Assembly (NCBI RefSeq): GCF_006345805.1
Contig: NC_043003.1
Coordinates: 37,510,001 to 37,574,000, forward strand
DNA length: 64,000 nt
Source: Octopus sinensis
Lineage: Eukaryota
Direction: 5' to 3'
The first letter of the stretch is position 1, and each line of letters begins with the position of its first letter. The notes beneath the pieces are model-generated. The model was not told where the DNA came from. It did not search any database and was given only the letters and a program-made list of their open reading frames with translations. Position numbers and translations under genes: made by a program. Shown here piece after piece: positions 12,713-25,165 of this stretch.

Positions 12713-12990
12713 AGCAACTCGGTCTAAGGCAGGGGTGGGCAAACTACGGCCCGCCATAGGTTTTCATGCGGCCCGCCGAGAGCTTTTATGAATCCCAACT
12801 TCTATGCAGATACTTCGTAACTGTACGGTAATTCACAATATTTTCACTTGATTTTTATAAATGAGGCCCGCCAAGATTCCAAAGACGCACTGTGCGGCCC
12901 GCGATCAAAAAAGTTTGCCCACCCCTGGTCTAAGGGTATGATTCTCGCTTAGGGTATGAGAGGTCCCAGATTCGAATCTTGAACAAGCCC
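12713..12990 (+). pseudogene. tRNA-Pro(AGG) pseudogene disrupted by a hAT MITE
   Basis: Removing 12730-12927 and one TSD gives ...GGTCTAAGGGTATGATTCTCGCTT-AGG-GTATGAGAGGTCCCAGATTCGAATCTTGAACAAGCCC, closely similar to eukaryotic tRNA-Pro with CpG-type decay; the 5' acceptor strand is degenerate. Confidence 0.85.
12730..12927. mobile_element. hAT (Charlie-like) MITE, 198 bp
   Basis: Perfect 16-bp TIR CAGGGGTGGGCAAACT / AGTTTGCCCACCCCTG, subterminal GGCCCGC repeats, 8-bp TSD GTCTAAGG (12722-12729 and 12928-12935). Confidence 0.95.
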
Positions 12991-13294
12991 AACTGTTTTA
13001 GGTGCAGGTTTGGCCATGTAGTAAGAAGTTTGCATCCCAACCACATGGTTCCAGGTTCAATCCCACTATGTGACACTCAGGCAAGTGCCTTATACTACAG
13101 TTATATTTATGTGTGTGTATTTGGTCTGTGTTTCTCTCCCCTTACTGCTTGACAACTGGTGTTGGTATGTTTACATCCCCCATAACATAGCAGTTCAGCA
13201 AAAGAACCTAATAGAATAAGTACCAACTAAAATTCAAGCTGATGCCCCAGCTTGGTCATAGCGTCTAATAAGTAAAAGTCATAGTATCTAACTA

Positions 13295-13332
<38 letters not shown>

Positions 13333-13509
13333 TCAATCATTCAACATTAGTTGTAGAGTACAACACCACCTTTGTTTCAATTTTTAAAATATTGAAGAAT
13401 TTAGGAGAATAACTGTCATTAAGCTGGATTTTGAAACATAAATTAACATAAGTTTAATGAAAGATTTAATTTAATCCTTTAGTATTCAGATTACTCTGTC
13501 AAATTTAAT

Positions 13510-14102
13510 GCTCATTTATTTACATTGTCTTAATCATTGAATTAATCATACATTATCTCATAGCTTAGAGATTTCAATGATGTGACTGTTTATTTTTACT
13601 ATGACATTGTAGAGTGGGTGTGAAATGTTGGATCTGGCCAGTTTGTTAATAAAACAGGCAGAACATTTAGGCCAGATATAGCTAAAGGGTTAAGCCAGTT
13701 GAAAACAGGAAGTTAGTATCGTACAACCAGTGGCAGCCTCAGGCAAGTATCAATAGAGAAAGGAAAAATTGCATACAGTACATGTATTAATTCTATAAGA
13801 TCTTTCGCTCATTTATTTACATTGTCTTAATCATTGAATTAATCATACATTATCTCATAGCTTAGAGATTTCAATGATGTGACTGTTTATTTTTACTGTG
13901 ACATTATAGAGTTGGTGTGAAATGTTGGATCTGGCCAGTTTGTACATAAAACAGGCAGAACATTTAGGCCAGATATAGGTAAAGGGTTAAACCAGTTGAA
14001 AAGAGGAAGTTAGTATCGTACAACCAGTGGCAGCCTCAGGCAAGTATCAATAGAGAAAGGTAAAATTACATACAGTACATGTATTAATTCTATAAGATCT
14101 TT
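13510..14102. repeat. Direct tandem duplication, unit about 297 bp
   Basis: 13510-13805 recurs at 13807-14102 with scattered substitutions. Confidence 0.9.
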
Positions 14103-15039
14103 CTTGACTTGTTCTCCAAACCATTTTTGAGCTATAACAATTGAAGCATTGCAATTTTAACTTAATTGTGTTCTCATTTTGAGAATAGCCATAAACATGC
14201 TTCCTTTCCTCAATCAGACAGTGCCATGTAAAAAAGCACCCAGTGTACTCTGTAAAGTGGTTGGCATTAGGAAGGGTACAGCCATAGAAACCATGCCAAA
14301 GCAAACAATAAAGGTTGGTGCAGTCTTCTAGCTTATCAGTTCCTGTTAAGCTGTCCAACCTATGCCAATATGGAAAACAGACATTAACTGATGAGGCTAG
14401 GTCATCAAGTAGTTTAATAATTAGTGTATGAAGTAAATTATGTAATACACCACGTCTCTCTAACTAAAAAGCATAGTCTCTTCACTACTTCTATTGCTAT
14501 TACAGCAACTACTATCCCTTAGAGATGAGTGATCTTTAGCTCCTTCCACTCTGGCCCACCCAATTCAATCCTTTCTGCCTACCCCCATTAAGTTTCACAC
14601 TAATTTCCATCAGTCCTTCCTCTCCAAAATAAATCCTCTGCCATTGTCACTAGGTCTATGTTTTCTCTACAGTTTTAGAGGACTTGTGACAGCCATGTAC
14701 AACAGACAAAAACTATTAAAAAAAAATAAATGCATATGAACTCTATATTGTATAAAAAATTATTTCTATGTTTTTTGCTGGATACTTCTAAAGATAAAAA
14801 TTAGCATTTGACTGAAAGACCACATTTAATTCCAGTGCAGTGAAAACAATACACTGTCTCAATTTTATCAATCAGTCAACATCCAGACTAAACTAAATAG
14901 TGATGAAGATTTGACAGAAAATCTTTTATGAACAGAAAATTATTTACGAAACCAGGATATAAAAAAAAACTTAAAGCTTATCTCTTATATACAGCTTCCG
15001 GTAATCATGAGCCTTTACACTAACAAAAGGGTACGAATT

Positions 15040-16008
15040 TGTAGAGGATAACTTTGAGAAAGAGGGAGAAACCACTTCATCAAAACAAAACTCTATAAGA
15101 AAACCAAAACTTTCAGATAGTGACCATCGAACTCTTACATGGATTGTCAGAAACTATCACAAAAGTACAGCTCCCAAAATTACTGCAGAGCTTAATGACC
15201 ACCTCGAGAACCCAGTTTCCAGAAAAACTGTTCACCGGGAGCTGCACAAAGCTGGATGTCACGGTAGTGATTCAGAAAATCACTACTTTCAAAAACAAAC
15301 ATTAAAAAGTTTTTACAGTGGAGTAAAAACCTACAGAATTGGTCACTAGAGCAGTGGAAGAATGTTATTTTCTCGAATGAGTCATCCTTTACCTTATTTC
15401 CAACCACCGGCTAAGTATACATGTGGAGACAACGATAAGAAGCATTTGATCCAGACTGCCTTCTTTCAACTGCAAAACATGGAGAATCTGCGATGATCTG
15501 ATTGGGGGGGGGGGGGGGCTATATCTTGGAAATCCACTGGCCCAATAGTTTCTCTTCATGGCAGAATTAATATTTAAGCATTTTATCTGATCAAATTCAT
15601 CCTATGGTTGTGGAACTATTTCTGGGGGGAAATGCAATCTTTCAAGATGATAATGCACAAAATCACACAGTTCAAGTTGTTACTGAGTGGCACAAGGAAC
15701 ATTCTAGTGAAGTTGAAAATCTTGTCTCGCCACCACAGTCCCCAGATCTCAATATTATTGAACATTTATGGTGCATTTTAGAAAGACAAGTAAGGAGTCG
15801 ATATCCTCCACCATCATCACTACAAGAACTGGGGGCTGTTTTAACTGAAGAATGGATAAAAATTCCTTTGGAAACAATTCAAACTATGTACGAGTCCACA
15901 CCTCGTAGAAGTGAAGCTGTAATTACTGCCAAAGGCAGTCCTACCCCATATAAAAATAAATTTGTTTGAAATTTTTAGGCGTTTCCATTATTTTGTCCAA
16001 CCCCTGTA
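15040..16008 (+). mobile_element. Degenerate Tc1-family transposon (5' end unclear)
   Basis: Frames WKNVIFSNESSF, FQDDNAQNH and SPPQSPDLNIIEHLW give the DD34E catalytic pattern; right end ...TTTTGTCCAACCCCTG-TA. Confidence 0.9.
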
Positions 16009-16104
16009 TATATAGTGCAAAGTTAGCCTTGATTAAACAAACTTATAAAGGCATTATTCCGGCACACATAGCAGAGACGTAAACGGACCCCTCCCCACCT
16101 TAAG

Positions 16105-16470
16105 ATTTTTTTTTGTACGGAATCCCACGTTTTCGGCTATAGAGGTTCCGATTCTGAGAAAAAAATTTTTTTAATCGCAACTTCAAAATTTCAGTCGCAG
16201 TTTTGTGTGGTTTGGCTGTTATTTCTAGCATGGGATAACCTGCTTGAAGGCTAAAGCCGTAGAATCAGGAGGGGAGGGGGTGAGGTAATTTTTTTTTTTT
16301 TGGAGAAATTGAAATTTTACAAACAATTTCCGAAATAAGTGAAAAATGAAGAAATGGGAAGATGGAGAGAGGGATTAAATTTTTGAAGTTGCAATTTATG
16401 AAAAAAATTTTTTTCAGAATCGGAATCTCCATAGCGGAAAACGTGGGATTCTGTAAAAAAAAATTTTTTT
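16105..16470. mobile_element. MITE-like inverted repeat remnant
   Basis: GAATCCCACGTTTTCGGCTATAGAGGTTCCGATTCTGA (about 16120-16157) is mirrored by TCAGAATCGGAATCTCCATAGCGGAAAACGTGGGATTC (about 16414-16451). Confidence 0.7.
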
Positions 16471-17654
16471 TTTAAAGTTCAGCTCTTAATTTAAACATTT
16501 TTATTTTCCATTTTTCTATCTCATTTATTCACTTTCGAGCAAATATTTATGGTTTGCTTAATGTAATAATAATATGTTTTCTCTACTAAACACACAATGT
16601 TTGTTGAGTTATTCTTTCGGTGGTATGTACCTATCTATAATAAGCAATTTCTCAAAACTCCCACTTCTAGAAAAAATACCTGATCTAAGACTATATTTTC
16701 CAATTATGCTCTTCCTTTTTTAATAAGGTAGTTAAGTGTGGTTGCTTCGAATATTTCAGTATAATTGCAAGATTAAGCGACAGCAGGGAAGCTCCAACAT
16801 ATGATTTGTCACCATAGATAACAGGAATTTATCTATGAACTCTATAAATAAACAAATACGTAATAAACACATGCTTTTATGCGTGAATATTCCATCCGTG
16901 TTCTCAAACCTTAAGCTCTACTGTATACTTTAAGTGCACAAACAAAAAGGAGGAGCATTCAGAATTATAATTGAAAAATAGAGAACATAAATTATTCAGC
17001 TCAGACATGAAGCTTGTGAGCTGAGAGAAATGTAATTTTTATTTCTGGGTGGCAGGAGGAGCGGTTTCACGTGATTTGTGAGAAATTTGGTTATTATTTT
17101 TAGGGGACCGAACGACTGGATGGATGCGATTCGTAAAAATTTTGGTTTGTTATTTATAAGAACCCAAACAACCGACAAGAGCTCCCTGGCATAAGTAACA
17201 ACACTTTTACCTAAAACTTTAAACATTGAGCAATACCATTGTATCAGGATATATTAGTGGAACTTTTCAGAATTATTAACAATCGTCGTCTAAACAGCAA
17301 CAACCTTGATAAACAGATTTCAGTCCGTAATGAATCATGTGAGTGCATGTTAATTAAACACGAATATAAATAAATAAGTGCGTGTGTGTTGTAAGTATAT
17401 GGTATGTATATACAATTTCAGTGTTTTTCATTTTCAGCTGAGAGATGTATGATTTCACATGAAACCGTCCGGGAATTTTGGTTCTTTATATTATATTAAC
17501 ATTACACCCAGTCTATTTCTTTACCTTGGCAATCCTTCGGTATTAGACAATGACATTCACCCTCTTTTTCAGCCTAGTCCCTTTATCTAAGTATAATGAG
17601 GGCACGTTGACTGCAGATTTTTTCCTGACTTACTAGCTATCCTATGGATATAAC

Positions 17655-17746
17655 GGTTAATATAAAGCGTTACGCCTATCAGAAAATCACCTATTACACA
17701 CATTTTTTTTTTGATTTTCTGATAGGCGTAACGCTTTATATTAACC
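17655..17746. mobile_element. 92-bp Merlin-like mini-MITE
   Basis: TIR GGTTAATATAAAGCGTTACGCCTATCAGAAAATCA with 8-bp TSD GATATAAC on both sides; same family as 41008-41665. Confidence 0.8.
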
Positions 17747-18549
17747 GATATAACTATAGATATAATTTTGAATAAATTTATATAAATTGCTTATATAATA
17801 TATACCAAGAAAAAGTATGAAGTCAAAAATATACATAAACAAATGAGTGATATACAAAAATAAAAGCCGCATAAAGATAATCCGCCTGAGAGGCAAAGAG
17901 TTTCCTCATATGTTCACGGCGTGCTAGATATAGCAGCAAAATCTCTCTCAAATCATACATTACCAGCTTGAAACAGAGAACACATATGATACTGTAATCT
18001 TAGATACAACTAAGTTGAGAAATTCACAAATGCAATATCTTTGACCATCGTTCTACTCAGATAAATTTGATCTGGGGCTAAACAACAAAGAACAACCACC
18101 TGGTTGTTTATTTTGATTTAACGCACACACTTATTATATACATATATACAAATCCACAAAAATCTGTCTAGTCATAAAGTAATTAACTGTTTAAGGATTA
18201 TATAAATATACATATAAAAAAAAAGGATCGCAAATGTTTATATTTATATAAGATAAACACGATCTGTAAATATTTAGACATGTAATCAATACCGTGTATA
18301 TAAAATAATGTGTTTACATGTCTATAAAGTTTTTGGTAGAAATCTATAAATATATTTTTGTAAAGCAATACACATACAGCTAAACATATGCACATATACT
18401 CACTACATAATACTTTTTAAAATCATAATATATGTTTGTTTTCTTTATCGAATACATGAGAGAATATAACTTAAATCTGTTATAATTTCAAACCTGTATA
18501 AAAGAATAGATGCAGAGACATACGAAGAAGATTCCATAATTTTGCTTAC

Positions 18550-18589
18550 CAGATAGAGAGACAAGACACGGTAGGATACGAGATGTCAT
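18550..18589 (-). CDS. 26/29-kDa-proteinase / CfaD-like papain-family cysteine protease, coding exon 1 (signal peptide start)
   Basis: Minus strand reads ATC-ATG, then MTSRILPCLVSLS + G|gtaagc donor. The phase 1 end joins the next exon to give a hydrophobic signal peptide (..LVSLSVLLSIVTA-KP). Confidence 0.75.
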
Positions 18590-18666
18590 GATGCTACTTC
18601 ATTTAGTAATAAACACATGAACAATTGGCGTACTTTTATATTCGACCTGAAAATCGGGCGAGCTTA

Positions 18667-18676
18667 GTCAGGTGAC
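18667..18676. promoter_or_regulatory. CLEAR-like (TFEB/MITF) E-box upstream of the lysosomal protease gene
   Basis: GTCAGGTGAC, one mismatch to the CLEAR consensus GTCACGTGAC, about 80 bp upstream of the protease ATG in a locally CpG-richer stretch. Confidence 0.35.
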
Positions 18677-18831
18677 GGTGACGTTTAAGAGGGAGTTCCA
18701 CCCTCCAAATCGTTCAGCTGACCGAGCTCGTGATGCTGATCATATATGTGCGCACGCACACGAAAGCGATTACATACATACATACATACATATACATACA
18801 TCTGTATATTTAAGTGTATATATACATATAA

Positions 18832-18834
<3 letters not shown>

Positions 18835-18862
<28 letters not shown>

Positions 18863-18863
18863 T

Positions 18864-18894
<31 letters not shown>

Positions 18895-19358
18895 ATATGT
18901 ATATATAGCTATATATATATATAATAAATCTATTACTTATTTCAGTCATTAGACTGCGGCCATACTGGGGCACTACCTTGAAGAATTTTTAGTCGAATGA
19001 ATCCACTCCCTCGTACTTATCTTTCTTTAAGCCTAGTATTTATTCTATCGCTCGTTTTTATTGAGCCGCTAAGTTATGGAGACAAAGACACACAAACACA
19101 TATCTATTATATATGTGTATGCGTGTGTGTCGCATACACATATATAATAGATATGTGTTGTGTGTCTTTGTCTCCATAACTTAGCGGCTCAATAAAAACG
19201 AGCGATAGAATAAATACTAGGCTTAAAGAAAGATAAGTACGAGGGAGTGGATTCATTCGACTAAAAATTCTTCAACGTAGTGCCCCAGTATGGCCGCAGT
19301 CTAATGACTGAAATAAGTAATAGATTTATTATATATATATATAGCTATATATACATAT

Positions 19359-19393
<35 letters not shown>

Positions 19394-19394
19394 A

Positions 19395-19420
<26 letters not shown>
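18835..19420. repeat. About 580-bp near-perfect palindrome of a SINE 3' part (second copy about 19885-20470)
   Basis: Sequence left of about 19125 is the reverse complement of the sequence to the right; identical ORFs are predicted on both strands at 20048+ and 20308-. Confidence 0.92.
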
Positions 19421-19430
<10 letters not shown>

Positions 19431-19504
19431 AAATATTAGGTTTAAGTCTTTCTTTGTTTGATTTGCATAATAGTGGTTTTGTCTCTAATTTAATATAATA
19501 TATA

Positions 19505-19547
<43 letters not shown>

Positions 19548-19846
19548 ATATATACACACATATATATGTACATATATATATACATATATATATATATATA
19601 CATCAACATCATCATTTAACGTCCGCTTTCCATGCAAGCATGGGTTGGACGGTTTAACCAGGGTCTGGTAAGCTATGGAGGCTGCACTAGCTCCAGTCTG
19701 ATTTGGCAGTGTTTCTACAGCTGGATGCCCTTCCTAACGCCAACCATTCCGTGAGTGTAGTGGGTGTTTTTTATGTGCCACCGGCACAGGCTGGCAAACG
19801 GCCACAATCGGTTGGTGCTTTTACATGTCACCGACACGGATGCCAG

Positions 19847-19897
<51 letters not shown>

Positions 19898-19914
19898 CAC
19901 ACACACACACACAT

Positions 19915-19945
<31 letters not shown>

Positions 19946-20410
19946 ATATGTATATATAGCTATATATATATATAATAAATCTATTACTTATTTCAGTCAT
20001 TAGACTGCGGCCATACTGGGGCACTACCTTGAAGAATTTTTAGTCGAATGAATCCACTCCCTCGTACTTATCTTTCTTTAAGCCTAGTATTTATTCTATC
20101 GCTCGTTTTTATTGAGCCGCTAAGTTATGGAGACAAAGACACACAAACACATATCTATTATATATGTGTATGCGTGTGTGTCGCATACACATATATAATA
20201 GATATGTGTTTGTGTGTCTTTGTCTCCATAACTTAGCGGCTCAATAAAAACGAGCGATAGAATAAATACTAGGCTTAAAGAAAGATAAGTACGAGGGAGT
20301 GGATTCATTCGACTAAAAATTCTTCAACGTAGTGCCCCAGTATGGCCGCAGTCTAATGACTGAAATAAGTAATAGATTTATTATATATATATATAGCTAT
20401 ATATACATAT

Positions 20411-20443
<33 letters not shown>

Positions 20444-20538
20444 ATGTGTGTGTGTGTGTGTATATATATATATAATAAATATTAGGTTTAAGTCTTTCTT
20501 TGTTTGATTTGCATAATAGTGGTTTTGTCTCTAATTTA

Positions 20539-20606
<68 letters not shown>

Positions 20607-20887
20607 TATGTACATATATATATACATATATATATATATACATCAACATCATCATTTAACGTCCGCTTTCCATGCAAGCATGGGTTGGACGGTTTAACCA
20701 GGGTCTGGTAAGCTATGGAGGCTGCACTAGGCTCCAGTCTGATTTGGCAGTGTTTCTACAGCTGGATGCCCTTCCTAACGCCAACCATTCCGTGAGTGTA
20801 GTGGGTGTTTTTTATGTGCCACCGGCACAGGCTGGCAAACGGCCACAATCGGTTGGTGCTTTTACATGTCACCGACACGGATGCCAG

Positions 20888-20938
<51 letters not shown>

Positions 20939-20940
20939 CA
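18835..20940. repeat. Near-identical tandem duplication, unit about 1.05 kb
   Basis: 18835-19880 recurs at 19885-20940, differing mainly by 1-bp indels and microsatellite length. Confidence 0.9.
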
Positions 20941-20947
20941 CATATGT

Positions 20948-22213
20948 CAAAGGTGGGTGTTGTTAATCAAAAAGTTTAATTCGTTAACCATTACTCATTA
21001 ACCAAAAAGTTAACTTCTATAACCATTAATCAGTTAATTCTTTTTAAAATGTAACAGAAGTTATCAATAAACTGTTAACATTTATTTTCATTGTAGTAAA
21101 AAACAAAAAATCAGTTTTTGCTCTAAACTGTCTAAAAACACATTTAAAAAGTGCCAAAACTATAAAATCAGCCATTTTAAGGGTTTTAGAACCCAATAAC
21201 TACAGGGTTTTTTGTTTTTGTTTTTTTTTTTTTTGCTTTAGAGTTAAAAAATGCTAATTTTATAGTTTTAACTTTTAAAAGATCTAAAAAAAGGCTGATT
21301 TCACAGTTTTGGCCCTTTTTTTAGATTTCTAAAGACTTTTAGCCAGAAAAGAGTTAAAAAAACTCAAATGAAACACAATATTAAACTATAAAAGTTTATC
21401 AATAAAGTGGCCATAAAAAATAAAAATAGAAAAAAATAAAAACACGATTAATACATAATTTAATTTTTCCTCTTCTTCTCGTTCTCCATTTTGTTCATGA
21501 GATACATGTAGACCTTCATGAAATTTAGCACATCAAAGTTTTCATCAGACAGGAATGATCCCTTGGCCATCAAGATGTCCTTGCCCATAGAGAACAAATG
21601 CCCCACTGCAGCACTGGAGAGGATGGCTGTGTTGAACTTGATGAACAAGTCCACCAACACCTGATCACCAAAGAAGGCATCATCTATCAGCAAGTCTTTG
21701 GAGATGGTCTCCAACCAGGTCTTGACCAAATTCTGGGCCTTGTCTTTGAGTGACCTGTGGTTCCTGCTGCTCTGTTTTGGCTGGATGACACCACTGAAGA
21801 AGTCATCCTCCCCCTCCTCTTCATTGTTGCTGCTCACTTCATCAGACTGCTGCTCTCCATGCTTTTCCTTACCTTGGTGACCTTTGTGTTGTCATACTTA
21901 TCCAACCAGATAAGGCCAAACCTGGGGTGGAAGGCAGAAGCCAGCTGGCATTCCTCATCCTCCAGGAGAGTCATAAACCTTTTATCGATGCCTGCCATAA
22001 GTGCGTTGACTAAGGGGCTGCAGTAGATGAGGCCCTTGGACTTCAACTCCTTGAGCCTAAAGATCATTGCAGTAACTTGAGTTAACAGAAGTTGATTCAA
22101 TTGGACTTGGGTTAACAGAAGTTAATTAATCCGATAATGATTTCCAAAGTTAATGAAAATGTTAACTTCATAAATTAACAATTAAGAGATTAACAGAATG
22201 GTGCTCAGGTTTG
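20948..22213 (-). mobile_element. Internally deleted hAT element retaining the transposase C-terminus
   Basis: LASAFHPRF and FIKFNTAILSSAAVGHLFS...LSDENF resemble the hAT C-terminal dimerization domain; GTTAAC-rich subterminal repeats at both ends; ends approximate. Confidence 0.8.
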
Positions 22214-22384
22214 ATATATATACATAGAAGTGGCTGTGTGGCAAGAAGCTTGCTTCCCAATATGGTTCCAGGTTCAGTTCCACTGTGTGACACCTTGGGC
22301 AAGTGTCTTTTAGGGTAGCCTCAAGCCAACCAAAGCCTTGTGAGTGGATTTGGTAGACAGAAACTGAATAAAGCCAATCATGTG

Positions 22385-22460
<76 letters not shown>

Positions 22461-22704
22461 GGGAATAAATCCAAACTTTCAGGGAAAAATTAGATTTAGG
22501 ATTAAATCCAATTTTACAGTATAAATATAAATTAAATTAGAGATAAAACCACTATTAGGCAAATCAAACAGTGAAAAACATAAACCAAAACATAGAAATA
22601 AAATTAATTAATATAATATACAAAATATATAAAATATAAAATTCAAAATATAAATTATATAAATTTAAAGTTAAAAATTTAAAATTATTAATTTATATTT
22701 ATAA

Positions 22705-22739
<35 letters not shown>

Positions 22740-22751
22740 ATTTATTAAATA

Positions 22752-23248
22752 CTAGCAGTATTGCCCGGCGTTGCTCAGGTTTGTAAGGGAAATAACTATA
22801 TAAGCATTTTTAGAGAGTTACTTCCCTTATAGATGCCAATTCGGGCTTTCTTAGCCATATCTGTTTTGGTGTCTTCAAGCCATGAAGTCGTTGTTCTAAA
22901 AGAACGCTGGTCTCCTTGACAATGCTTTACACTTCCTTCCCCACAGCTTCGCGAGGGAGGGAAGAAGGGGGAGAAGCAAACAGGTGCAGGTGTGACCATG
23001 GACGCCAACTCCACCGCCATCGACACACGAAAAAAATATGCATTAAAATGGAATAAAAAATGATGTTAAATTATTTTTAAAATCGTAGACTCATCGTAGA
23101 CGCGCGCTAATACTCAGACGGGCTCAATATGAATCACGACTATAAGATACCCGAATTTGGTTAAACTGCACCGCAAAATGTGGGAGTAGTTAGGAATCTA
23201 AATCGAAGGGGACAGACACTCACACAACTACAGTTTTATATATATAGA
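22752..23248 (-). mobile_element. Non-autonomous Helitron
   Basis: Minus strand begins A|TCTATATATATAAAA and ends with a GC hairpin (CTGAGCAACGCCGGG) shortly before CTAG|T; no TSD. Confidence 0.85.
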
Positions 23249-23300
23249 TATATAACTATCAAAAAGTATTCAAAAGTTTAATATAAGATAAAAAGTAAAA

Positions 23301-23397
23301 CCACTACGATCGTTTCATGCCCATAACCTAATTTGAATAACAATAATTTAAATTCAATTAATAATTTTAATTATGGTTATAGTCAATCTTCAGGTTA
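23301..23397 (-). ncRNA. Type I hammerhead motif with a long AT-rich stem II
   Basis: CTGAAGA-TTGACTATAACC...GGTTATGGGCAT-GAAAC-GATC-GTA; palindromic stem III ACGATCGT; stem I is weak. Confidence 0.6.
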
Positions 23398-24614
23398 ATG
23401 ATAATAGTTAAATAAATAATCAAATATATTTAAACAATATTTTTTTAAGAAATAAATAAAATAATAATTTTTCTTATAAAAAACTCTGTTATCAAACTAG
23501 AAACTTTAACGATTATGATTATGTCATGCAATCGATTATAATGTTAAATATTAATTTATAAATATTAATTTTTAAGGTAAGAATAGATAGAAAATATATT
23601 TATCTATTCAGATATAACATGGATTTTAAAAAAACATAATAAACCCACAAATAATCTAATCTCAGTTATAGTCAATATCTAATTTACCTAAATATTTAAC
23701 AAAAAAAAAATTATTTTTAATAAAAATTTATATATATATATAGATAGATATAGATATGTGTGTGTGTGTGTATGTATGTATGCATGTACAAAGTATGGGG
23801 GTTTAGTTCCCAGGTGATCTAAGCAATTAGGACTGTAGAATTACCATTACACTCATGCACACACTCATACACACACACTTACAGGCTTTGGTCAGTCTGG
23901 GGCTATAATAGAAAATACTTGTGCAATACATGGGACTGAGCCTAAAACCACATGATTGGTAAGTGAACTTCTTAACCACACAGCACTAGCGTAGCTAGGG
24001 GTGGAGGCAGTAGGGGAGGTCCACCCTGGGTGGCATTTTTAAAATGGAGGCACTTTAGGTACAAATGGAAGGCATACACTCTAGCTACACTAGTGCCACA
24101 CAGCCATATATATACATACATATATACAATAAGAGGCTTCCAAATAGGAAAGCGTTGTGCTAGAAAGAGCAGTAGAAATCTCAAAAACCATTAAAAAAAT
24201 GATATATTCTTGAAAGGAATGAAAATTAAAAATGTTTAATAATAATTTATTGTTACCCTATGTATTACATACATACATACATATATATATATATATGTAA
24301 AATTAATTAATTAATTAGTAATTAATAATTCCAAAAAGGACCATTTTCGGTAAACTTAAACATTACTTTTTATGATTATGAGTATAATTATAATTAGGGT
24401 TCAGCAAAAAGAATTTGCTTTGCCACATACTGAACTTTTAGAAATAGCAGCCAAAGAACTTAGCTATTTCTTCTACTATAAGAAGAATCTCCCAGACAAC
24501 ATATACTCAAAAACAATTCACATAGGCATAGAGGAAAAACAACAAAAATTCACTCAGCAATTTGATTATTTGCGGCCGCGTTTCTGAGTTAGATAGATAT
24601 GGAAATGCAAGAAT

Positions 24615-24688
<74 letters not shown>

Positions 24689-24857
24689 TAAGAAGCTTGC
24701 TTCCCAACCACATGGTTCTGGGTTTAGTCCCACTGCGTGGCACCTTGGGCAAGTTTCTACTACTATAACCTCAAGCTGACCAAAGCCTTGCGAGTGAATT
24801 TGGTAGACAGAAACTGAAAGAGGCCCATCGTATTTATATTTATGTATATATATGTGT

Positions 24858-25165
24858 GGAGGCGCAATGGCCCAGTGGTTAGGGCAGCAGACTCGCGGCT
24901 GTAGGACCACGGTTTCAATTCCCAGACTGGGCGTTGTGAGTGTTTATTGAGCGAAAACACCTAAAGCTCCACGAAGTTCCGGCAAGGGCTGGTGGCGATC
25001 CCTGCTGTACTCTTTTGCCACAACTTTCTCTCACTCTTTCTTCTGTTGGCCTGCTCACTTAGCCAGTGGGGTGGCGTCATTTGAAGGCTAAAACAATGCG
25101 AAGCGCATTGTGATCAGCGATGTGTAGCAACATCTGATAGCCTGGTTGGTTACGGTGATGGTGAT
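24858..25165 (+). mobile_element. Second tRNA-derived SINE family nested in the microsatellite of the common SINE (head fragment also at about 50605-50695, minus)
   Basis: Head GGCGCAATGGCCCAGTGGTTAGGGC...GGTTTCAATTCCC; flanked by the two halves of the common SINE (24687-24850 and 25170-25315). Confidence 0.75.

Larger units (their letters stand above)
22460..23730 (-). mobile_element. AT-rich Penelope-type pseudo-LTR remnant interrupted by a Helitron
   Basis: Contains a hammerhead motif at 23301-23397; 22530-22590 is related to the inverted pieces at 19430-19500 and 20480-20545. Confidence 0.45.

Noticed and set aside
17070-17345. CpG-richer stretch ending in a GTGAGT donor-like site, possibly an exon of an antisense gene
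   Set aside because: No convincing ORF or partner exon; cannot be supported without transcript data.
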